Virus record (IMG/VR): IMGVR_UViG_3300044641_006340
Strand: one strand, 5' to 3'
DNA from: an uncultured virus (IMG/VR IMGVR_UViG_3300044641_006340)
Taxonomy: Duplodnaviria > Heunggongvirae > Uroviricota > Caudoviricetes
Length of the DNA: 64,000 nt
The notes beneath the pieces were generated by a model. That model worked only from the letters and a program-made list of their open reading frames with translations, was not told the DNA's origin and searched no databases. Positions 19,436 through 29,125 of the stretch are shown in pieces. Within the stretch, counting starts at the first letter, position 1, and each line of letters begins with the position of its first letter. Both the position numbers and the translations under genes were made by a program.

Positions 19436-20397
19436 TTTGTGACGCATTTGATTGGTTTTGTGTCTATATACATGACTCTGGCTTTGCTCATAGTATGGCA
19501 TTCCATACTACATTATTATTATTAATGTCTCTCGTAGTTTTCGATGAGCCAAAACATAAGCCAATTAAAATATCATTGGCATTCAACTCTTCGGAGGCAG
19601 AAAGCGAGATTTTTACAAATGTGCTTTTGCCAACAATTGCAGAATCTATTCCAATAACTGATAAAGAATTAGCTGATTTCGAAAAAATTCAAATTGACAA
19701 TAGAGTGGATTTCGTTTCAGATACTAATATTGCCGATATTAATGATGTTATAGAAAATCAATCATCAGAAAAATATACTGATTTCGATACTAAAGATCTG
19801 ATTAAAAAATTAGTAACTGCTTCCGATACTGAGAATGAAAATGAGTTTTCTAGTGAGGAAAAGCAAGAAACAGATCTTAATAGTATTATAAAAGACCTTT
19901 CTGGCTCTATAACAAATAGAAAAACAACTAATGATTTATCGTCAAATGGTAGGGGCGGAGCAAATGGGAATGATGAGTTTGGTAGAAGATTGTCTGAGGC
20001 TGGAGCTAAGACTGGTGATGTACAAATATCTATAATGTGGAGTACCATAGACGATATTGATTTGCATATCACATATACTCCAGGTAATGGTTTGATAGAC
20101 AATATAAACTGGACAAATAGAGTAGGACGACTGTCTGCTGGGATGTTGGATATAGACAGAAATGCTAATTCTGGTATGCTAACAAACTCCCCAGTGGAGA
20201 ATATTTTCTGGCAAAAGGGCTCTACTCCTAAAGGTTTTTTTGTCGTATATATCCATTTTTTTAGATCCTGGTCAGGAAACAATAAAGTACCAGTAATCGC
20301 TAGATTTAAGATAGGTGATAAATTTGAAGAGATAAGATGCATTGCGGTGCTGTATCAATCACCTCAAGAGATTGCTAGATTTAAATACCCAAATTAA
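19393..20397 (+). CDS. Membrane-anchored protein with YfaP/DUF2135-like C-terminal domain
   Basis: Hydrophobic SMAFHTTLLLLMSLVVF, an acidic linker, then DVQISIMW..DDIDLHI..LDIDRN..PVENIFW. Confidence 0.7.
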   Translation: MAQMAKKYLGKTKLVCDAFDWFCVYIHDSGFAHSMAFHTTLLLLMSLVVFDEPKHKPIKISLAFNSSEAESEIFTNVLLPTIAESIPITDKELADFEKIQIDNRVDFVSDTNIADINDVIENQSSEKYTDFDTKDLIKKLVTASDTENENEFSSEEKQETDLNSIIKDLSGSITNRKTTNDLSSNGRGGANGNDEFGRRLSEAGAKTGDVQISIMWSTIDDIDLHITYTPGNGLIDNINWTNRVGRLSAGMLDIDRNANSGMLTNSPVENIFWQKGSTPKGFFVVYIHFFRSWSGNNKVPVIARFKIGDKFEEIRCIAVLYQSPQEIARFKYPN

Positions 20398-20888
20398 TCC
20401 GTTATAATCCCCCATTTATCTGCTGGGCATTTTTGATCTTTATGCGCTAGTTTATTCTGATAATTAGCTTCTCTTATAATAGTACATCCACACAGTAAGC
20501 AAGAATTATTCTTAAAATACTCACAAGTATTGCATATTGCCAATCTTTGCTCTATTTGTTCTGATGAACATAAATTATCCGATCTATTAAGGTCCTGATA
20601 TTTTTCAATTTCTTCTTTTTCTAACTGTTCTGTATCTTGCTGTATCTTGGCTAAGACAGTATCTCCAAGAGATGAATTTATATCTACATGGAATATATTA
20701 GTCGTATTATTGCCAGTATGACTACTATTAATAGTTCTGGATATGTCTTCCATTTTTTTGAAACATAGTATCTGAGTGTCGGCATTATCTAGAGCTACAG
20801 TCAAGCTACAGTAACTACATTGATATAATGGTTTATTATTAAAAAATGTGTGTAAAGGCTTTAGATCGCAATATGTAGAATTTATCAT
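20394..20888 (-). CDS. Cys-rich hypothetical protein (DUF6171-like C-terminus)
   Basis: RLAICNTCEYF..CLLCGC..KCPADKW. Confidence 0.65.
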   Translation of the reverse strand: MINSTYCDLKPLHTFFNNKPLYQCSYCSLTVALDNADTQILCFKKMEDISRTINSSHTGNNTTNIFHVDINSSLGDTVLAKIQQDTEQLEKEEIEKYQDLNRSDNLCSSEQIEQRLAICNTCEYFKNNSCLLCGCTIIREANYQNKLAHKDQKCPADKWGIITD

Positions 20889-20890
20889 TT

Positions 20891-22012
20891 TTACAGATAT
20901 GATATTTTATTAGTTTGACAACAATAATCTGAAGACGAACATTTGTTTATATTAGTATCATAACAATTAGGAGTATCTGTGCAAGTGGGAGTATCGTAGC
21001 TAGATGTAATTTTAGGAACAGTAACATTACACTGAGAAGCTCTTTCATTGCATTTTTTAGAACTTCCTTCTACAGCATTATCTTTTAAAATATCTTGTAT
21101 ATTTTTTGGTCTTCTATAACTATAGCTATAGTATGCCACCTTAACAGATACAGTGCTGTCTGTTCTAGAGTTAGGGGCCCTAAAAGATATAGCAGGATAA
21201 TCTATTGAGCCAACATTAAATGAGCAGGTACCTGGCACTATTCCTTCTACAATATCATTTACATTATATGTTCTGTCGATATACGGATTAGCGATATCTT
21301 CTGGTATTCTGTTTTTACAAGCCGCAATATTATTATATATTTGCTTCATATTACTTTCCCATTCTCTGTATAAGTACTCTTTAGTTTGTTCATTAGAAGT
21401 AGCTAGAGGAAAAATAACTCTAGTATTGCCAATATATGTGGTCCATGGACGAGAATCATCTCCAGACTTTCCGCAGTTACCAATAGGAGATGCTACACCA
21501 GCAACACCAGCAAATCCATCACAGGCGACATTACATCTACCACAGGGTATGCCCGCAGAACCACCAATATCCCCTACTGGCCCGTCAACATTTTTATTAC
21601 CGTCATATACTAAATACCCTAATACACAAATCCTATTTTCTGTTACTATATCCCACGAGGGTTCAAGGTCATTGATATCTGCTCTATTGGGTTTTATATT
21701 GTCCATATCACATTCGCTATTAATAGAATCCACCACAGAAAATGTATCATCCGGTACCGTTACTGTTATTGAAGGACAATCTCCTTTAATAAATTCTTCT
21801 TCAAGAATACATCCCTTAGTTCCTTCTCCTCCTAGTGTTATGGTGATTCTATTGTTGTCATATGTTATGTTACATAATGTTTTAGAACAAGAAGCTTTAT
21901 ATGGTGGATTATTAGTAACAGTGGTAGAATTATATATTTTATATGTTTTGGACTGAGAAGTCTCACAATAATACCACAAGCATTTTTCTTGCATATTTAA
22001 TTTTAAGGTCAT
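20891..22012 (-). CDS. Cys-rich putative virion protein
   Basis: 373-aa ORF with many Cys at the end of the tail operon. AGGA RBS. Confidence 0.55.
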   Translation of the reverse strand: MTLKLNMQEKCLWYYCETSQSKTYKIYNSTTVTNNPPYKASCSKTLCNITYDNNRITITLGGEGTKGCILEEEFIKGDCPSITVTVPDDTFSVVDSINSECDMDNIKPNRADINDLEPSWDIVTENRICVLGYLVYDGNKNVDGPVGDIGGSAGIPCGRCNVACDGFAGVAGVASPIGNCGKSGDDSRPWTTYIGNTRVIFPLATSNEQTKEYLYREWESNMKQIYNNIAACKNRIPEDIANPYIDRTYNVNDIVEGIVPGTCSFNVGSIDYPAISFRAPNSRTDSTVSVKVAYYSYSYRRPKNIQDILKDNAVEGSSKKCNERASQCNVTVPKITSSYDTPTCTDTPNCYDTNINKCSSSDYCCQTNKISYL

Positions 22013-22041
22013 TATTTTATTTCCTAAAATAGTTTTTTATA

Positions 22042-25000
22042 TCAATTACCATCAGGACTAACTTTACCCGTTATTCTTCTCTTATGGCCTTTAAGAGTTA
22101 TCGAATGTTTACAGTATTCAAAAGTATAAGGGAATTCTGTATAATCATATGTCAGTGACTTGCATACGCATTCAGCTGCATTATCCGAATTCCTACAATA
22201 TCCATAAGTAAAATTTTCACATTCACAAGCGTCTGATGTTGAAGTTGGAGATGGTGGATAGCCTCTTCCCATGGGTATAGAGTCGTATCTATTTTTTCCT
22301 GTTAATGGATCTTTTGAGTCTATACTATAACATATTCCACAATCGTTAGTTGTAGAACCTGGAGCAATTAAGTCGTGAGGTTTATCGACAATTAGTTTTG
22401 TTGGTACTATGTCTTGTATTCTACCCGTATCATAAAAGAAACCATAAGTTAGCAAACTAGTAACAAATTGATGAGGAAAATAAGAGTTTGCATTATATTC
22501 TGAAACAAAACAAGGCCAATACCAAGGAGGAATAGATCCTCTATTATCGCCTCCTTCCTCTATCTCTATCTCTGCGGTCTCTTGCGAAATTACAAAACAA
22601 TTATTTGGAGCATTAACTGGGCCAACTCCTCTATTTGTTGGAATCATACCAGGTGGATTTAGTTCTACAGCGCTTCCATTATATCCATAAAAATATATTC
22701 CTAAATTTTTTGGTAATGATGCTTTTCCTGTTTTGCAATTTAATGCACCACAAACACAAGACCCCTGAAAAACCCCGCTTATTGAAGCTACTGTCGGATT
22801 AAAATTATTACAACGAAACGGAAGACTATCAGGGTTTTGAGCAGGCGTCCATCTGGGAAAAATTGCTGTCTCAGTTCCTACTGTTGGTCCTAACTCTCCA
22901 CCATTACCATTCTCATCACAGGGTTTAATTACTGTTCTATTACAACTAGATACTCCTTCAAGTTCAGCATATTCTATTCCATTAGTAAGATTAATATCTA
23001 TCTGACCCCTTTCTGTGCAGTCAGCAGCAAAAGAAATTCCAGGTCCAGAAATGGGGCCAGTAGAAACAATAATGTTTTTACTAATGTTTTTAGTATCATA
23101 AATTTTAGAAGTGATTTTACCTCCTGGTAATCCCGGAGCTTCTGCTACTATATTTATACTTCCAGTATTTTGGTCTTCTCGTATAGTTAGTATAATGTTT
23201 ATCTCGTTAATAGTAACAGATACGATCTTATTTAGATCGAGAACCCCATTTATATTGATAGAACCGCTAATTTTTCTTTTGTCGGTGTTGGCTGTTATAT
23301 CTAGATCATAAATAATGTTTTTATATATATCTTTTGGACCTGTTCTTGGATGCGTGTATTTATATAAATCATCTAAAAATATACGATTATTTGAACTATC
23401 TATTCTTTCATAATTTATTTTTTGTTGTTCTCCATATATTAAACGAAATAGCATTTCATTTGCCATCTTATCTGTTTTGTCAACTATATCAGAATGAATA
23501 ACAGATATACTGTCTTTTAGTATTGATTGATATTCTTCATTTAATATTGCTCCGTTATAATTTGCCGGTCTGGGTCCTATATCAGAATCACACAAGCTAA
23601 CAGGAAATAATGGATTTTTTGCCTTAAGCTCATGTCTTTGTATATATGGTACTCCGCTACTACCAATAGTGTTGTATAAACCAGCATCATAAGATACAAT
23701 ATATGGAATATTATTAATATTAGTTGGTGTTGCTATGGTTTTATGCATATAAAAGGAGTAATTCCCACTATATGTGCCCGTGCCCGCATCTCCAAGACCA
23801 GCGCAACCATTGTTTGAGCAACCAACAACATTATCACTATCACAATAAATATTAGCAGTATTAAATAAAGACCCGGTATTCACTATGCTAAAATGATCAA
23901 AATTAAATGTATTAGAACTAAAAGAAACGGTGTTAGAAGAAGAAATCTTTGGATTAAATGTTTGTCTACATGTTGCACTATTAGTTGTTATTGAATAATT
24001 TGTCGAATCCAATATAAAAACTGGATGATCCACCCTCATAGAATCAGAGTAAAAACCTTTTACAGGAGATAAAGCAGATTTAAACCCTGATAAATTAATA
24101 TCTAAATTGATCCAGAAATATTTACCTTCTTGTGGTTTTTTGTATTCTCCCCAAACATGACTATCGTCCAAGTATTTGTGCATTCCACTAATATTCATTA
24201 TGCCCGAATAAATTTTCTCTTGACCTACCGTATTAGCAAGTCTGCCATTATCTGTTAATAAACCTCTACTAGTATTAATATCATTGCCAGTTGGCAAAAT
24301 ATTGATATCCATATATGGTAAATAATTGTTATAATCTTGATAAGTATATTCAGTATGATACGAGCCATAATCAACGTTATATTTTTGATGTATGTTGTAA
24401 TATACATTATCTTCTAAATCAAAGTTAATTATTCCTTCAGTACCACTAACCTTAAAGCGATGCCTCGTATAATTTCCATTATTAACAATAATCTTATAAA
24501 AATTGTTACCATACAGCGAAGAAGGATATACATTGTATAGATAATTTTTATCTATAAAATATTTTGTTAATTCATTTAGGTAATTTCCATCGTAATCTAT
24601 TAAATCTCCCCATTTTGTTTCTATATTATTATTATATAATATATAGTCATTTTCTTTTTTAAGTGCTTGATTTTCTTTTAAATTTCTAAAGATGATGAAA
24701 GAGTCAATACCTTCAGTATTACTAAAATCATTATATAAACAAGAAAAGTCTATGTAAGCCTTATCGTATCTAAGTGGCGTGTCCAATTCAAATTGAGTAT
24801 ATGTTTTTAAGTATTTTTTAAATGTTTTATCATTAAACGATAATTTATTGCCATACTTATCAGTATATACAGCATACAATCTTTTTTTAGTGATTCTTGC
24901 TTCGTAAGTGCGAGATGCTTTTTCTGCATCTATAATTTTTATTTTTTGATTACACGTTTTATGAGTATTGAAAACATAATTAGTGTTATTTTTTAAATTG

Positions 25001-28000
25001 TAATCTATATATAAGTCACTAAAGTTATGATATAAATAATTATAGTCTGAAATCACATATGATTTTTTGTCATTTTTTGTTCCACTAATATACCTAAATC
25101 TTTCTCCTGTAGATAACACAACCTCGGGATTTTCAGGAGAAATGGCGTCCTGATCATCCTCCGACAAATTGGCAATTGAATTTGCTAAAGACACTCTAGC
25201 ATTATCTATTTCTTTAACAAAAAAATATGTTCTAGTACCATCTATTTTTAATATTTTGGGCCTATTTGTGTTCTTATATACTAATGGTCGTTGATAATAA
25301 ATAGGAATTTTACTTTTTTTATCATCATAATTGTATATAAAATTAAAATCTATAAATTTTTTAGCAGTAGTGGGAAGGCATGGGCCTATGCAGGATTGGT
25401 TTATTTCTTTATCCAAATACTCAAATATAAATGGTTTTCCTATGTTTAAAGTATCTTGATTATAAAATCCAAATAAATTTGGAGTATTATACTCGTACCA
25501 TAAATTATTAATTTGTAAGTACAGTCTAGCTTTTCTATGATTAGAAAATTGACCTATTTGATTTATAACCCTTTGTACATTGGGGTTCATTTCACTATAG
25601 TAAACAATACCACTAGATAGAAAAGAATTATTATTATCAAATAAATTTTGATCATAATTGATATAAATTCTGTTTCCGCTATCTGTATATAGTGGAGTTA
25701 AGGGTGGGTCAGATGTATTTCGATCTATTAAGCCGCTGTTTGGATGAAAAAATCCTTTTTTAAGAGTACCCATCGCTTGAAAAGGTCTGTTATAAAAAGT
25801 TAGTAGTTGTTTACGTGGTATTCTAGAAAAAGTAATAGCAACAGAGCTAATTTCGTCTCCCCTAGACCCAAAATTAGTAGCCACAGGAACAAAGGGATCG
25901 ATCTGACGATATGGATTACATAATGAATTTATAGGAGGATATAGTATGTTTTCTCCTCCTAGTAATGCTTCTAGATATGGATTAGATAATTTAACACTAA
26001 TAGATGGACTATTGCTAGAAATAGAAAGAGCTTTTTTTTGTTGATCATAAACTGTAGTATCGTTATTCAGCACAACTTTTGTTGTATATCTTTGCAAGGT
26101 AAAGTCAACATTTTCTGAAACTTTTGCCCATATATCAGAATGAGAGGTATCATATGCTGGTAACTGAACCGTATAATCAGTAGTTACATAATTATTTAAA
26201 TTAATAGTTACAGATTTTTCATTTCCATATGGATTTAAGGGATCTATGTATCGATCCAATGAGTCTAGTTCTGTTTCTGGATCTGGATGATTTGGAATAC
26301 GATATTCTGCCAAAGAAACATTTAAGTTATCAATTTCTCCACTTTTAGTTGTTCTTTGCAATCTTAATGTATCAATACTAATACCATTAGTATCAAAACT
26401 TAAATCGGATAATTCTAGAAAATCTATAGCTTTATTTAGATCTTCTATTTCTTTTTTTAGTACTTTAATATTATTTACTATATCTCCACCGCCAAACATT
26501 TCATTAATTTTAGATTCTTTATAACCACCATATGCTTTTATTTTAGGACTATAAGTTGTAGAAATATTTGGAGTAAATAAAGTATGGGGACTATTAGTGA
26601 ACGTGATAGCTGCGCCATCGTTGCAAGTATAAGGAAAATTAGATATTGTACTTAATCCAAAACATTGACATTTGTCTTTTATCGGAAATCCTCTGCAATT
26701 ATAAGAATCAGATGTATCTTTTCTTAGTTTTTCTATGGATAAAGCATATATTTTAATTCCAACGTCTCTAGTAGTGAACTCTATATTAACAGACCCTTCT
26801 CCGGTATCGTCAAATAAACTATCTATATTTTTACTAAATACAGTATTACCGCTTAGAGAACCTAAAAGAGTGTTTGAATAATATACTCCTCCTTGATGAT
26901 GGAAAGCTACGTTGTCAATATGAGGATTAAAAGCTATGGCGGGATAAGATCTCTTCAGATATAGAGTATTATTTAATATTTGTCTCGCTGGCCTCGTACC
27001 GACCACCAATCCTTCGCTATTATTGTAGAAGGTTGCGGAAGGAGCGTCACAAAAGCTTAAATTACCCTGATAGGGTTGGCACAGCTTAACGGCTCCTCCA
27101 ACAAGATTATATGTACTATCAGAATCGCAATTACTACAATCTGTCTTACTACTATTACAGCATGAATCAATTGGGGTGTCTTCTGTTAAAATTCTAGGAT
27201 AATTATCTTGAAAAACATAACATCCACTATCATATATAGTTTCTTTTAATAAAGTATTATTTAGATATAATCCAGCAACCCTAGCTGAGCCTGTTTTAAT
27301 ATTCGAGTTTTCGCTACACTTAACTTTGTATCTGGTTCTGGTATTTAACCTTAAATCTAGCGAACTTTGCCCAACAGTAAACTTTTGCGCATATGCAAAA
27401 ATTTTACTAGGAGTATTCTGAGTACAGTCCGTTGTTGGCGAACAGTTAGTATTGGAGAATATAGTATTATTAGATAATGTCACAGTATCGAAATCTAAGT
27501 TTATGGAACACTGAGATTTGATATTATCTTTTAATGTTATGGTTTTGGTTGTGTTGGGAGGGCACCATAGATAAGCTCCGTATTTATCAGCCAAAGTATT
27601 AATAAGATCAATTTTATTTTTTATATAATTTAATTTACCAACGGATCCATATGTTGTGCCTTTAAGCATATCTTTGTTTAAAGTATCTATCTGAAAATAT
27701 GGATTAATACTATATTTATAGCTTGGATTACGGGATGTTAAGTCTACCGTTATATCATCGTATTCTGGTGCTGTGCACAATAACGCCGCTAGCTCAAATT
27801 TTTGTTTCATAGATATATTATTTTCGTCTGTTCTAGCTGCTGACGTTAATTTATTAAAAATTTCTATGAATCTAGGATATAAATTTGTTGATATATATGT
27901 AAATGATGAATCGCTAGGAATAACACAAGATATTGCTCCGCTTTCTATAACTTTTATTCCAGATGGACAAGGTTTGATAATATTGGTGGCGTTTTCTGGA

Positions 28001-29124
28001 AAAGCTACGGGTGGCGGTTCTGGTCCTTGATTCTTAGCATAAAAAACATCTCCTGGAGAGATATAAATATCAACACCGCTAATTGGTCGTGTGTCGTTAA
28101 CTAAACCAGTATTATAGTGTCGATACCAACATAAAACACCAGAATCATAATTCCATTTCCAATGAGATGCTAATTTTTTTGTTTTGATAAAAATATTATT
28201 ATATGTCATTCGTTCAAAACCATATGGAGCAGTAAAATCTTCTATCGCAGGCGCTAGCTGCTTAATATCTTTCGATACTGTAGATTGGTCGTCGTTTCCA
28301 ATCAAACCGCTAAAAGAGCTATAAGATGGCAAAATACCAGTGTATAATGGATTTACTTTGGTTAGGATAAAATTGCCGCATGTTTTGGAAACAAGTTTTG
28401 ATTTTCTGAAAGCTTTGTTGTGTTGATCAATATTGTCATACTGAGACTGAAGCTTATCGTATGGTATTTCTGATATAGTGTCTTTGATTCTCCAATCTAT
28501 GACCAGATCAGGACTACTACTGAAACTCGACATATCCGAACCAATTATCTTTATAAATTCATTAAATCCAAGTCCAGCATTGGTAGAAGCCGGGAATTGA
28601 CTAAGATATTTAAAATCATAAAATTTATTTAGATAATTTTGATTTAGTACAGGTATTTTAGGGATAAAATCATCTGGCCTAACTCTGGTATCACAAGCTC
28701 CTGTGCAACAGTCCGAGACGAATTGATACTTATAAGGATTACCTTGTTGATCCAAAGCTTGTCTAAAATTTCCTTCTGAATCTTTAAGATACCAAGATGA
28801 TTGATAATCTATTGGAGACATTTTATTACAATAATCACAATCAAATAAACCGGTCTCTACAAGAGCAGAATACGACTGAGCTGAAGGACTTTGACAATTC
28901 AATGGGTTAAATGGAAAAATAGCAGTAGAATCCCCAGCCTGTCTTAAAAAATCAACCTTATTTAAGGTGCTATTACTAGATTGTATTACAATAGGTCTCC
29001 ATATGCCACTAATGGCTTCGGAGTAAGCTGGTACAAGATCTTTTAATTTGGATATGTCTACAGTTGCTTTGTCTAAATTAGCATCAATAATAAATGATTT
29101 ATTATATATATTGCAACAACCCAT
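22042..29124 (-). CDS. Very large putative virion/tail protein (about 2360 aa), Cys-rich
   Basis: Long uninterrupted ORF in the tail module. Start placed at MGCCN (ATG 29124), just after the upstream stop. Confidence 0.6.
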   Translation of the reverse strand: MGCCNIYNKSFIIDANLDKATVDISKLKDLVPAYSEAISGIWRPIVIQSSNSTLNKVDFLRQAGDSTAIFPFNPLNCQSPSAQSYSALVETGLFDCDYCNKMSPIDYQSSWYLKDSEGNFRQALDQQGNPYKYQFVSDCCTGACDTRVRPDDFIPKIPVLNQNYLNKFYDFKYLSQFPASTNAGLGFNEFIKIIGSDMSSFSSSPDLVIDWRIKDTISEIPYDKLQSQYDNIDQHNKAFRKSKLVSKTCGNFILTKVNPLYTGILPSYSSFSGLIGNDDQSTVSKDIKQLAPAIEDFTAPYGFERMTYNNIFIKTKKLASHWKWNYDSGVLCWYRHYNTGLVNDTRPISGVDIYISPGDVFYAKNQGPEPPPVAFPENATNIIKPCPSGIKVIESGAISCVIPSDSSFTYISTNLYPRFIEIFNKLTSAARTDENNISMKQKFELAALLCTAPEYDDITVDLTSRNPSYKYSINPYFQIDTLNKDMLKGTTYGSVGKLNYIKNKIDLINTLADKYGAYLWCPPNTTKTITLKDNIKSQCSINLDFDTVTLSNNTIFSNTNCSPTTDCTQNTPSKIFAYAQKFTVGQSSLDLRLNTRTRYKVKCSENSNIKTGSARVAGLYLNNTLLKETIYDSGCYVFQDNYPRILTEDTPIDSCCNSSKTDCSNCDSDSTYNLVGGAVKLCQPYQGNLSFCDAPSATFYNNSEGLVVGTRPARQILNNTLYLKRSYPAIAFNPHIDNVAFHHQGGVYYSNTLLGSLSGNTVFSKNIDSLFDDTGEGSVNIEFTTRDVGIKIYALSIEKLRKDTSDSYNCRGFPIKDKCQCFGLSTISNFPYTCNDGAAITFTNSPHTLFTPNISTTYSPKIKAYGGYKESKINEMFGGGDIVNNIKVLKKEIEDLNKAIDFLELSDLSFDTNGISIDTLRLQRTTKSGEIDNLNVSLAEYRIPNHPDPETELDSLDRYIDPLNPYGNEKSVTINLNNYVTTDYTVQLPAYDTSHSDIWAKVSENVDFTLQRYTTKVVLNNDTTVYDQQKKALSISSNSPSISVKLSNPYLEALLGGENILYPPINSLCNPYRQIDPFVPVATNFGSRGDEISSVAITFSRIPRKQLLTFYNRPFQAMGTLKKGFFHPNSGLIDRNTSDPPLTPLYTDSGNRIYINYDQNLFDNNNSFLSSGIVYYSEMNPNVQRVINQIGQFSNHRKARLYLQINNLWYEYNTPNLFGFYNQDTLNIGKPFIFEYLDKEINQSCIGPCLPTTAKKFIDFNFIYNYDDKKSKIPIYYQRPLVYKNTNRPKILKIDGTRTYFFVKEIDNARVSLANSIANLSEDDQDAISPENPEVVLSTGERFRYISGTKNDKKSYVISDYNYLYHNFSDLYIDYNLKNNTNYVFNTHKTCNQKIKIIDAEKASRTYEARITKKRLYAVYTDKYGNKLSFNDKTFKKYLKTYTQFELDTPLRYDKAYIDFSCLYNDFSNTEGIDSFIIFRNLKENQALKKENDYILYNNNIETKWGDLIDYDGNYLNELTKYFIDKNYLYNVYPSSLYGNNFYKIIVNNGNYTRHRFKVSGTEGIINFDLEDNVYYNIHQKYNVDYGSYHTEYTYQDYNNYLPYMDINILPTGNDINTSRGLLTDNGRLANTVGQEKIYSGIMNISGMHKYLDDSHVWGEYKKPQEGKYFWINLDINLSGFKSALSPVKGFYSDSMRVDHPVFILDSTNYSITTNSATCRQTFNPKISSSNTVSFSSNTFNFDHFSIVNTGSLFNTANIYCDSDNVVGCSNNGCAGLGDAGTGTYSGNYSFYMHKTIATPTNINNIPYIVSYDAGLYNTIGSSGVPYIQRHELKAKNPLFPVSLCDSDIGPRPANYNGAILNEEYQSILKDSISVIHSDIVDKTDKMANEMLFRLIYGEQQKINYERIDSSNNRIFLDDLYKYTHPRTGPKDIYKNIIYDLDITANTDKRKISGSININGVLDLNKIVSVTINEINIILTIREDQNTGSINIVAEAPGLPGGKITSKIYDTKNISKNIIVSTGPISGPGISFAADCTERGQIDINLTNGIEYAELEGVSSCNRTVIKPCDENGNGGELGPTVGTETAIFPRWTPAQNPDSLPFRCNNFNPTVASISGVFQGSCVCGALNCKTGKASLPKNLGIYFYGYNGSAVELNPPGMIPTNRGVGPVNAPNNCFVISQETAEIEIEEGGDNRGSIPPWYWPCFVSEYNANSYFPHQFVTSLLTYGFFYDTGRIQDIVPTKLIVDKPHDLIAPGSTTNDCGICYSIDSKDPLTGKNRYDSIPMGRGYPPSPTSTSDACECENFTYGYCRNSDNAAECVCKSLTYDYTEFPYTFEYCKHSITLKGHKRRITGKVSPDGN

Positions 29125-29125
29125 A

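Noticed and set aside
374..20342. Short antisense or nested ORFs in the replication block (e.g. 374-673, 2082-2393, 10594-10959, 19758-20342)
   Set aside because: They overlap well-supported genes on the other strand and have no protein motifs.
22012..22042. Read-through or frameshift fusion of the about 2360-aa and 373-aa genes
   Set aside because: A second in-frame stop follows quickly, and the downstream gene has its own AGGA RBS.
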